In this document: positions 56,397-64,000 of the stretch, one piece after another
How positions within the stretch are numbered: position 1 is the first letter of the stretch
Layout of the letters: the number at the start of each line of letters is the position of its first letter
Assembly (NCBI GenBank): GCA_041751055.1
Contig: JBGSYD010000037.1
Location: 182-64,181, forward strand
From: Acidimicrobiia bacterium
GTDB lineage: Bacteria; Actinomycetota; Acidimicrobiia; Spongiisociales; ZC4RG35
Length of the DNA: 64,000 bases
Direction of reading: 5' to 3'
The notes under the pieces: model-generated
The model's database searches: none
Seen by the model: only the letters and a program-made list of their open reading frames with translations
Told to the model about the DNA's origin: nothing
Program-made: the position numbers and the translations under genes

Positions 56397-57398
56397 TCAA
56401 CCGTATCGGGCCAGATACGCATCCAACCACGGCATCACCCGATCCAAGTAGTCGGCTGATTCCACCATCGGCAGCGTCCGGGCGGCGAAGTTCATCAGGG
56501 TGATCTGTCGGGCCGCATGGAGCCCATCGAGCTGCTCGTCGCTCTGAATCGGCCACGGGCACTGCTCTTCGAATCCCTCCCTGAACGCCCGCATGATGTC
56601 CTTAGCGCGCGGCGATGACCGCGATGAATAGAGGCTGACGGAGACATCTTGCGCCGGTGTGGCGATCATTACGTCCTCGAAGTCGAACGCATATAGGCGC
56701 GTTCCCACCATATGAACATTCCATTCGTGGAGGTCACCATGAACGATCTGAAGGTTCTCGGCCTTCCAGGTCTCGTCGAGGATCTTCTCCACGACCGGTA
56801 TGGCTTTGTCGATCGTTGCGCGCCGGGAATGAGTGAAGAGGTGCTCGAATCTGGCGTCAAATATCACAACCGGATCGAGATCCTCTCCGTAGTAGAAAAC
56901 CTGATTCCAGTGCCGCAGCTCCTTTGGATCCTCGGGAAGCCAAGTTTTGCCGTGAGTCTGCAGAGCCGCCGACATTCGCCCGAGCAGCCGATACGCAAAC
57001 GTCCCGGCGCCGGTCCCGACGGGGGCACCCGGAACCCAGGTGAAGAGGACGCACGGCCGAAGCCGTCCGGTCAAAGGGTCGATGATTTCGGTGACCAAAC
57101 GCCCACTCGCGGTCGGGATAGGCGCAACGACGTCGAGGGAGGTGTCACGGTTCAGTGCGACCAGCCAGTCCACCTCATATTGAATGTTGGCCCGTGTATT
57201 CGCTTCGGGGCTCGCCACTCGCATGACCAGCTGCCGCCCGTTATTCGAGACAACTCGATAGAGGACGTTGGAGTGCGTCGCCAGATGCGATATCTCCTTG
57301 AACATGATGTCGTACCGGGTCAGAACCTCGGCAGCCAGGGGCTGGAGGCGGGCGGCTTCGGCGACAACATGTGATGGATGCATATCAACAATCGACAA
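56397..57398 (-). CDS. phosphotransferase family protein (APH/ChoK-like kinase)
   Basis: IVHGDLHEWNVHM catalytic-loop motif (HGDxxxxN) and DFED-type Mg-binding motif (YAFDFEDV). Confidence 0.75.
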   Translation of the reverse strand: MSIVDMHPSHVVAEAARLQPLAAEVLTRYDIMFKEISHLATHSNVLYRVVSNNGRQLVMRVASPEANTRANIQYEVDWLVALNRDTSLDVVAPIPTASGRLVTEIIDPLTGRLRPCVLFTWVPGAPVGTGAGTFAYRLLGRMSAALQTHGKTWLPEDPKELRHWNQVFYYGEDLDPVVIFDARFEHLFTHSRRATIDKAIPVVEKILDETWKAENLQIVHGDLHEWNVHMVGTRLYAFDFEDVMIATPAQDVSVSLYSSRSSPRAKDIMRAFREGFEEQCPWPIQSDEQLDGLHAARQITLMNFAARTLPMVESADYLDRVMPWLDAYLARYG

Positions 57399-57481
57399 AC
57401 TGGACGGCTAGACGGCCCTCATTGTGTCATCTCTGCAGCGAACAGTGAAGCAAAAATCGAGGTGAAGTGCGTCGGAGCCGG

Positions 57482-60019
57482 TCAGACGACAGAAGCTGTG
57501 TGCCGCTCCGTCCCGGCGTCCCCGCGTCTGCGGTGCCAGCCTTCCCAGAGGACCAGCATCGACGGCAGCACCAAAACGGCGCCGATAAGGCTGAGCAATA
57601 TCGCATATGCCGTGACCTGTCCCATCTGTTGAAACGGCGTCAAGGTCGATGTGATCAGGATGCCAAATCCGGCCGCTGTTGTGAAGGCAGATCCGGCCAA
57701 AGCGCCACCGGTATGCCGTGTAGTCGACCTGATCGCCTCGTCGATGCTCTCGAATCGAGCGCGATCTTCTTCGAAGCGTCGAGCCATGTGGATCGTATAT
57801 GGAACCCCGATCCCAACCGCCAACCCGGTGAGAGTCGCCGTTACGGGACCAAAAGGTATCCCACTGAGATACATCAGCCCGAATGTCCAAAGGACTACCA
57901 GTGCAACCGGGACCATCGTTATGACGCCCAGGAACGGACGCCGATTCTCGAACCAGAAGTTGATTACCAGCACGACGGTCGCGGCGACCAGAGTGATCAG
58001 CAAGGACGTCACCTGCGATGACGACAAGGAGTTGATGATCACGCCTCCGATGATGTTCTGGGAGGTGGGCGTAGCGTCGGCACCGATGGCTTCGAGCGGC
58101 ACAAGATCTTCGACCATCGCATCACGAAGGTCTAGAGCCCGGTTTTCGCCTGCCTGAGTGCTCACCTCCATCAACGCGGCCGTCGCCGAGCCGTTCTCCG
58201 AAAACAAGACCGCCTTCATCTGCTCAGGGGCGACTTCACCGGCGGCCGCGAAGATCGCGGCCACGTCAGCTTCCGGGTTGACGGTTCCGGTAGCAGGGTC
58301 CAAGCCGTTCTCTGTTGCGACCTGGGCGAAGTCCGGGTTGAGAGGCGTGCCGTCCGGGCCGGGTAGCAACAGTTGTTGAACCACCGAAACCGGCGAGTTC
58401 ACCGCCGGCTGATTCCCGGCCGGGGTCGGAAAGGTAAGCACGTCCGGGGTGTCGGCCATGTTCGTCGTCGATTCGGCGATCGCATTGAAAACACCCGGAT
58501 CGGCGATGTCACCCTCGAGAAGGACCTGCGTGGTCTCGCCGAAGCCGCCCCCGAACTCGTCATTCAGGATCTGAAAGGTCTCGACGACCGGGGAGTCGTC
58601 AGGAAGAAAATCAGTGAAAGAGAACTCTGTCGAGATGTTGATCAGCCCGAGGAAGCCAAGAACACCAAGTCCTACAGTTGCGACCAGGGTCAACACGGGC
58701 GCCCTTTCGGCCAGAACGGCCGTCTTCTCCATCAATTGCGGAAGCAGTCGGTCGCTCGTCGCAGCCATAGCCTCACGTGGGAGCTCCCCTCGCGCTTCAG
58801 CCTTTCGGTCCATCAATTCGCGGACGGCGGGCACGAAGCTCAACATGAGAATGAAGGAGGCCCCTATCCCTATCGCCGCGAGAATGCCGAAGTCCTTCAG
58901 TGCAGGGATCGGGTTGAACGCGTTGGTCAGAAAGCCGATCATGGTTGTCAGCGTCGCCAGTGCCAGCGCCACGCCGACAGTGCCGATCGCCGAGCGGATC
59001 CCCCCGTCCACATCCTGGCCCTCACCAACCTCCTCGCGGTATCGAGATGTGAGGTGAATCCCGTAGTCAACACCGAGCCCGATCAGGAGAATAGGGACGA
59101 TCTGACTGATTTCATTGAACTCACCGATGAGCCCTATCTGCTGGAGAAGGGCTCCGATCCCGTTCATCCAGAATATGGCCAGAACGATGGTCAACATCGT
59201 CAGACCCATATCGGCAAAGGTGCGTCGGATCGACCGGCGACGGCTGGCGTTGTCTCCAAGCGGCCGGAGCCAGTAAACAAACAACAGGATGGCGATGATG
59301 ATCAAGAACGCCGTGCCGAACAGTCGACCGATCTCCTGCTCAAAACCCCCATCGTCTGAGAACAACAGACCGAAACTGAATGGGCGAAGCCGAATATCAC
59401 TCCCGGTCTCGAGGCCCGTTATGAGGTCGGCGATGGCTATTTCGCGAGCGGACTGGTCGTCGGCGTCCTCGGTGGTGTCGATAAAAACCAGGATCAATCC
59501 AGTGGCCTGGTCCTCGGACACGAGTTGGGTCACAAAGCCGAGCTCGTTTCCGGCATTGGCAAGAGCATCGGAATAGACCTGTGCTACCTCGCCGTCGTCG
59601 AAAGTGGCCATGTCAAGTCCCTGTTCAGCGGCTGCCTGCTGCACCGGGGCCAGGTAGGTGACAATCCCGGGCTGTTGGGCGTCGCCTGAAACGACAGAGG
59701 AATACTCACTGGCCTGAATCCGCTCGACCACCGCATTGGCCGCCTGAAGCCCTTCGGAAGTGACTACATCACCAGATTCGGAGGAAACCACTACCTGCAT
59801 CACGGACTGTGTGGCATCGTCACCAAACAGCTCACCAATGCGCGTCGAAGCCAGAATCTCCGGATTGTCAGGTGAGAAGCCTTCCTGTCCTCCCGTACTC
59901 GACTCGGCTACGAAAAACGTCAGCAAGAAGAAGCCGACGCTCAGAACCGCGGTGACAGCGATCACGGCTCCCGGTCGCGTGCCGACTGATCTGGCCATAA
60001 AGCGGATGATTGGTTTCAC
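57482..60019 (-). CDS. MMPL-family (RND superfamily) transporter
   Basis: 845 aa; two 6-TM bundles separated by large extracytoplasmic domains. Confidence 0.9.
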   Translation of the reverse strand: MKPIIRFMARSVGTRPGAVIAVTAVLSVGFFLLTFFVAESSTGGQEGFSPDNPEILASTRIGELFGDDATQSVMQVVVSSESGDVVTSEGLQAANAVVERIQASEYSSVVSGDAQQPGIVTYLAPVQQAAAEQGLDMATFDDGEVAQVYSDALANAGNELGFVTQLVSEDQATGLILVFIDTTEDADDQSAREIAIADLITGLETGSDIRLRPFSFGLLFSDDGGFEQEIGRLFGTAFLIIIAILLFVYWLRPLGDNASRRRSIRRTFADMGLTMLTIVLAIFWMNGIGALLQQIGLIGEFNEISQIVPILLIGLGVDYGIHLTSRYREEVGEGQDVDGGIRSAIGTVGVALALATLTTMIGFLTNAFNPIPALKDFGILAAIGIGASFILMLSFVPAVRELMDRKAEARGELPREAMAATSDRLLPQLMEKTAVLAERAPVLTLVATVGLGVLGFLGLINISTEFSFTDFLPDDSPVVETFQILNDEFGGGFGETTQVLLEGDIADPGVFNAIAESTTNMADTPDVLTFPTPAGNQPAVNSPVSVVQQLLLPGPDGTPLNPDFAQVATENGLDPATGTVNPEADVAAIFAAAGEVAPEQMKAVLFSENGSATAALMEVSTQAGENRALDLRDAMVEDLVPLEAIGADATPTSQNIIGGVIINSLSSSQVTSLLITLVAATVVLVINFWFENRRPFLGVITMVPVALVVLWTFGLMYLSGIPFGPVTATLTGLAVGIGVPYTIHMARRFEEDRARFESIDEAIRSTTRHTGGALAGSAFTTAAGFGILITSTLTPFQQMGQVTAYAILLSLIGAVLVLPSMLVLWEGWHRRRGDAGTERHTASVV

Positions 60020-60114
60020 GTGTTTATTCCATTTGGGTAGTGGTTAGGAAAACTGAGTTAGAAGCGGGAGGCTGGATACGGCGGCCGCTCCGGTGGCGAC
60101 TGGCGGGGATTATC

Positions 60115-60134
60115 GTTTCAATCTGAATTGAAAC
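60115..60134. promoter_or_regulatory. AT-rich perfect palindrome GTTTCAAT-CTGA-ATTGAAAC upstream of the MMPL gene
   Basis: 8-bp inverted repeat with 4-nt spacer, about 100 nt upstream of the MMPL start and 19 nt downstream of the hisC stop; conspicuous in a 63% GC context. Confidence 0.4.
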
Positions 60135-60152
60135 CAAATCGAGAATCGGCAA

Positions 60153-61247
60153 TCAGGCGCCGACCCCGGAAAGAACGTCGTCGAGGGCGATGACGAAGCG
60201 CTCGTTCTCGGACGGGTTTCCAACCGTCACTCGAATCCATCCCTTTGACATGGGCCTGACGATTACCCCCCGCTTCATGAATTCGTCTCCTGCCGAGCCT
60301 GATAAGCCTTCCAAACAGAAGTAGACGAAATTTGTCTCGGTCTTGGTATGAGTGAGGCCCCTCTCAGTGAGGGCTCCAATCAAGTGGTGCCTTCCGGCCG
60401 CATTGGCCTCGACCCGACGTGCTACCTCTGCCGGCTGGTCGAGCGATGCCATCGCCGCGGCCTGCGCCACGCTGCTGACCGTGAACGGGGCCTGGGTGCG
60501 TTGTAGTTCGGCCAACGTGTCCGGCTTGCCGATGGCGTAGCCGATGCGGTGGGCTGCCAGGCCATAGATCTTGGAGAAGGTCCGCAAAACGATGACGTTC
60601 GCATGGGATCTCGACAGAGGGAGTGCAGTCCGATACGACGGGTTCGACGCGAATTCGTGATAAGCCTCGTCGACGACGATCAGGACTGAGTCGGGTACGG
60701 ATTCCACAAATGCGGCCAGGTCATCGCCGCCAACGATGGTGCCCGTCGGATTGTTCGGATTACAAACATACACCGCAGTTGTGTCATCCCTTATAGCTGA
60801 GCCCATCGCTTCGAGATCATGTGCCCGATCGGCGGTGAGAGGAACTTCAATCGCCTCCGCCATCGCCCACTTGGAGATGATCCGGTACATGATAAAACTC
60901 GGCCAGGCGAAAACTGCCGACGTTCCGGGGCCGCCAACTCCATATGCGATGTGGGTGAGTAGTCCGGTGCTACCGGCGCCCAACCACACCTCACTACGGT
61001 CGACTCTAAGCCAATCTGCCAGCTTTCCAGCCAGGTCGAACGCCTCGGTGTCGGGATACCTGTTGCTTTCAGCCAATGCCGCATTGACTGCCTCGGCAAC
61101 GCCAGGGAATGGCCCCTCCGGGCTCTCATTCGACGCCAGTTTGACGAAGTTCGCCGGGTCCAGGTCGAATTCACGTGCCACTTCGTCGATCCGTTTACCT
61201 GGTGTGTATGTGACGAGTCGCGCTAAATCGGGCCGAAACGTTGGCAT
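60153..61247 (-). CDS. hisC: histidinol-phosphate aminotransferase-like class I/II aminotransferase
   Basis: PLP-lysine region SKIYGLAAHRIGYAIG and N-terminal LASNESPEGP. Start set at the ATG at 61247 (MPTFRPDL); the track ORF continues through the upstream repeats. Confidence 0.75.
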   Translation of the reverse strand: MPTFRPDLARLVTYTPGKRIDEVAREFDLDPANFVKLASNESPEGPFPGVAEAVNAALAESNRYPDTEAFDLAGKLADWLRVDRSEVWLGAGSTGLLTHIAYGVGGPGTSAVFAWPSFIMYRIISKWAMAEAIEVPLTADRAHDLEAMGSAIRDDTTAVYVCNPNNPTGTIVGGDDLAAFVESVPDSVLIVVDEAYHEFASNPSYRTALPLSRSHANVIVLRTFSKIYGLAAHRIGYAIGKPDTLAELQRTQAPFTVSSVAQAAAMASLDQPAEVARRVEANAAGRHHLIGALTERGLTHTKTETNFVYFCLEGLSGSAGDEFMKRGVIVRPMSKGWIRVTVGNPSENERFVIALDDVLSGVGA

Positions 61248-61264
61248 GACGCAACACAATCTAA

Positions 61265-61433
61265 CTGCCGGCCGACTTTGGCTGATGCCTCCACCCGCCA
61301 GACGACGAACCACATGAGGGGACAACACACGCACGACTCGCCAGAAGTGGAATGGCCAGCCAAACAGACGCCGGTCGGCCGGGGCTGCCGCTCCACGACA
61401 AAACCTGACGTTCGGGGCTACAGCAACCGATGC
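61265..61433. repeat. 169-nt direct repeat, copy 1
   Basis: Identical to 61489-61657 except for one substitution (acacgcacg vs acactcacg). Confidence 0.9.
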
Positions 61434-61488
61434 GCCCCACCAAGATCTGTACCCCAGCAACCCGGCCACTTCAAAGACGAAGCCGAAT

Positions 61489-61657
61489 GCCGGCCGACTT
61501 TGGCTGATGCCTCCACCCGCCAGACGACGAACCACATGAGGGGACAACACACTCACGACTCGCCAGAAGTGGAATGGCCAGCCAAACAGACGCCGGTCGG
61601 CCGGGGCTGCCGCTCCACGACAAAACCTGACGTTCGGGGCTACAGCAACCGATGCCA
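61489..61657. repeat. 169-nt direct repeat, copy 2
   Basis: 55-nt non-repeated spacer between the copies; the flanks differ, so this is not a simple tandem duplication. Confidence 0.9.
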
Positions 61658-61741
61658 CCCCGATCCCCCGGTTACTCGTCGAACTGTCTTGTGACTCCTG
61701 TGCCTGGCACCAGCGGTTTTCGGGGGGGCCAGGTTTTGAAA

Positions 61742-63841
61742 ATGTGGCAGACTCGATACATGGGCGACTACGAAATGCTCCAGGTCATCGACGCCGAGGG
61801 CCAACTCGTCGATGACGATCCTGGCCTCGACCCCGAGATTTACCGGACCATGTACAAGAACATGGTTCTGGCGCGTGAGCTCGACAGGCGAATGCTCGCT
61901 CTGCAACGTCAAGGACGCATCGGTACCTACGCCATGCTCGAAGGCCAGGAGGCCGTCCAAATCGGCTCGGCTATGGCCCTCAAACCCAACGACTTCGTTT
62001 TTCCCAGCTATCGGGAACACGGTGTCCAGGTATCGAGAGGGCTACCTCTCGAAGTCCTACTGGCATATTGGAAAGGACTGCCCAACGCCAACTGGGACAT
62101 CGAAAAATATCGAACCGGCATAGTGACCGTTCCAATTGCAAGCCAGCTCCCTCATGCCGTCGGCTACTCGTACATCACGAAGATGCGGGGTGAAGACACG
62201 GTGTCCGTCGCCTATTTCGGCGATGGTGCCACTTCAGAGGTCGATTTCCACTCCGGGATGAATTTTGCTGGCGTCTGGAAGACACCCACCGTCTTCATCT
62301 GCGCCAACAACCTCTATGCCATTTCCGTGCCATACGAAAAACAAACTGCCTCCAAGACCATTGCGCAAAAAGCCGAGGCCTATGGGTTTGAAGGAATTCG
62401 TGTGGACGGCATGGACCCGGTCGCCATGTATATGGCGACACTGCTGGCTGCCCACCGGGCCCGAGAGGGCAAGGGTCCCACGTTGATCGAGGCCATGACC
62501 TATCGCTATGGCCCCCACGCCACGGCCGACGATCCGACCTTGTATCGCTCCGACGACGAGGTCGAACAATGGAAGCGCAAGGATCCTATCGAGAGGCTTC
62601 GCCGCTTTCTCGAGGACCGGGGCCAGTGGGACAGCCAGGTAGGAGAGAAGGTGGCAATGGAGGTGGCCGATTCGGTCAATGCGGCCATCACTGCCATAGA
62701 GGCCGAACCATTGCCGGGGCGAGACGACGCCATTCGCCACGGATTCTCGAAAATTCCCGAACACGTCGTCGAACAGCTTCACGGCATGCAGGCCGCCCAT
62801 GGTGAGGACCTCACTGAGTTTCAGGACGATGAGGTCTGGCGCCGGATGTCCGATCCCGAGGTTACGGGTGACACGAAGTCACTCACGATGGCCGAGGCTA
62901 TCAATGCAGCACTGCACCAGGAAATGGAGCGAGACCCGAATATTGTCGTACTCGGGGAGGACGTAGCCGTCGCCGGGGGCGTTTTCAGGATTACCGAGGG
63001 TTTGTTGGCCGCATACGGCGAAGACCGGGTAATCGACACACCATTGAACGAGTCCGGGATCGTAGGGACGGCAATAGGAATGGCCTTGGCCGGGGCGCGA
63101 CCGGTCGCAGAGATTCAATTCGATGGATTTGTCTATCCGGGGTTTGATCAGATCGTCAGCCACCTTGGTCGATTTCGTTTCAGGAGTCGCGGGCATGTCA
63201 AGGTGCCAGTTGTGGTTCGCTTCCCCAATGGAGCGGGCATAGGTGCTCATGAACACCATTGCGACTCGCCGGAGGCATATTTCGTTCATGCCCCCGGCCT
63301 CGTAGTGATCTGCCCGTCATCGGCCCGAGATGCCAAGGGACTACTTGCATCTGCACTGGAGGGCGACGATCCCGTGATCTTCCTCGAACCCAAGGTCCTC
63401 TACCGCTCCGGGCGCGAGGACGTACCGACGGGGCACTACACCATCCCCATCGGATCAGCCCGGATTCGGGCAGAGGGATTGGATCTGACACTGGTCACCT
63501 ACGGCGGGATGGTCCCCGTTGCTTTGAAGGCTGCCGCACAGTCTGACGTCTCGGTAGAAGTCATCGACCTGCGCACCCTCTTTCCGTGGGACCGTGAAAC
63601 CGTCCTGGAGTCGGTTCTAAAGACCGGTCGCCTCCTACTTGTTCAGGAGCCGCAGGGTTCTGCAGGAGTCGCCGCCGAGGTTGCGGCGGTGGTAGCAGAG
63701 AAGGCGTTGTACGACCTGAAGTCCCCGATTGTCCGGGTGACGGGTTTCGATATTCCCTGGCCACAGTTCGCCATTGAAAAGCATGCTCTCATCGACGTTG
63801 ACCGGGTCGTGGCCGGGATCAAAGACGCGATGACTGGCTGA
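61742..63841 (+). CDS. 2-oxoacid (pyruvate/branched-chain) dehydrogenase E1 component, fused alpha-beta subunits
   Basis: The N-terminal half is E1-alpha (TPP motif region YREHGVQ..., GDGATSEVDFH). The C-terminal half is E1-beta (transketolase-like Pyr and C-terminal domains: GEDVAVAGGVFRITEGL...). Single ORF; start placed after the repeat, approximately. Confidence 0.8.
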   Translation: MWQTRYMGDYEMLQVIDAEGQLVDDDPGLDPEIYRTMYKNMVLARELDRRMLALQRQGRIGTYAMLEGQEAVQIGSAMALKPNDFVFPSYREHGVQVSRGLPLEVLLAYWKGLPNANWDIEKYRTGIVTVPIASQLPHAVGYSYITKMRGEDTVSVAYFGDGATSEVDFHSGMNFAGVWKTPTVFICANNLYAISVPYEKQTASKTIAQKAEAYGFEGIRVDGMDPVAMYMATLLAAHRAREGKGPTLIEAMTYRYGPHATADDPTLYRSDDEVEQWKRKDPIERLRRFLEDRGQWDSQVGEKVAMEVADSVNAAITAIEAEPLPGRDDAIRHGFSKIPEHVVEQLHGMQAAHGEDLTEFQDDEVWRRMSDPEVTGDTKSLTMAEAINAALHQEMERDPNIVVLGEDVAVAGGVFRITEGLLAAYGEDRVIDTPLNESGIVGTAIGMALAGARPVAEIQFDGFVYPGFDQIVSHLGRFRFRSRGHVKVPVVVRFPNGAGIGAHEHHCDSPEAYFVHAPGLVVICPSSARDAKGLLASALEGDDPVIFLEPKVLYRSGREDVPTGHYTIPIGSARIRAEGLDLTLVTYGGMVPVALKAAAQSDVSVEVIDLRTLFPWDRETVLESVLKTGRLLLVQEPQGSAGVAAEVAAVVAEKALYDLKSPIVRVTGFDIPWPQFAIEKHALIDVDRVVAGIKDAMTG

Positions 63842-63842
63842 C

Positions 63843-64000
63843 ATGGCAACAATCGCCGTTTTCGGGTCGAGCGAGACCAGCTCCACTAGCTCCGAGTGGG
63901 CAGAAGCCGAAGAGATCGGGCGCATTTTTGCGACTGCCGGCCACTCCGTAGTGACAGGCGGATACGGCGGGACCATGGAGGCGGTCTCAAAAGGTGCGAT
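63843..64000 (+). CDS. LOG family (TIGR00730 Rossmann-fold) protein, 5' partial view
   Basis: IAVFGSSETS...GHSVVTGGYGGTMEAVSKGA matches the LOG-family N-terminus; it continues beyond the window. Confidence 0.7.
   Translation, partial: MATIAVFGSSETSSTSSEWAEAEEIGRIFATAGHSVVTGGYGGTMEAVSKGA

Noticed and set aside
58373-59359. 328-aa plus-strand ORF antisense to the MMPL gene (plus other long antisense ORFs at 57467-58157, 50195-50863, 8304-9037, 15339-16137)
   Set aside because: Same reasoning: these are shadow ORFs of strongly supported minus- or plus-strand genes, with low-complexity Arg/Pro/Gly-rich translations.
61278-61694. 138-aa plus-strand ORF and the N-terminal 137-codon extension of hisC, both containing an internal 56-aa duplication
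   Set aside because: Both are generated by reading through the two 169-bp direct repeats. The hisC homology starts only at the ATG at 61247, and the plus-strand product has no motif, so they are treated as non-coding repeat sequence.
1-64000. Search for CRISPR arrays, integrases, transposases, phage genes and known defence-system genes
   Set aside because: No short regularly spaced repeats, recombinase/transposase motifs or phage-like genes were seen. PIN-PhoH2 is the only TA-like gene present, and the repeats found are intergenic elements of a different kind.

Overview
High-GC (~63%) Actinomycetota-type chromosomal window of 64 kb, densely coding (about 65 protein genes and one tRNA), mostly on the minus strand. 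The backbone is the conserved actinobacterial housekeeping neighbourhood also seen in mycobacteria and streptomycetes: rlmB-like methyltransferase, cysS, ispF, carD, disA, radA, clpC, lysS, panC, a folK-folB-folP-folE operon, ftsH, hpt, tilS, sigH/rsrA, tRNA-Thr(CGU), holB, tmk, topA, a Tad/Flp pilus locus, ispD, HU, hisC, a 2-oxoacid dehydrogenase E1 and a LOG-family gene. Lineage-specific insertions sit inside this backbone: a nucleoside uptake and salvage island (ribokinase, nucleoside hydrolase, BMP-type ABC importer); a secreted M15/VanY-like peptidase; a polyprenyl synthase; a double zinc-ribbon membrane protein with a discoidin-like ectodomain; an RHH regulator plus toastrack (DUF4097) two-gene module with a near-consensus sigma70 promoter and an 11-bp-phased hexamer operator array; a phosphatase-like gene lacking the catalytic Cys/Arg embedded in the folate operon; FolK fused to an ICMT-like membrane methyltransferase; a PIN-PhoH2 gene; PolX; a DUF385 deazaflavin-dependent oxidoreductase; an FtsX-type double permease with two different ATPase subunits; and a DUF3237-APH-MMPL cluster. 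Two unusual non-coding repeats stand out. One is a dispersed about 140-bp element present in two inverted copies (18.4 kb and 47.3 kb), each carrying a G/A-rich 11-nt tandem array. The other is a pair of near-identical 169-bp direct repeats 55 bp apart in the hisC / E1-dehydrogenase divergent intergenic region. No CRISPR array, integrase, transposase, phage gene or known defence-system gene is visible; PIN-PhoH2 is the only TA-like gene present. Every functional call rests on motif and family recognition by eye; no database search was possible.
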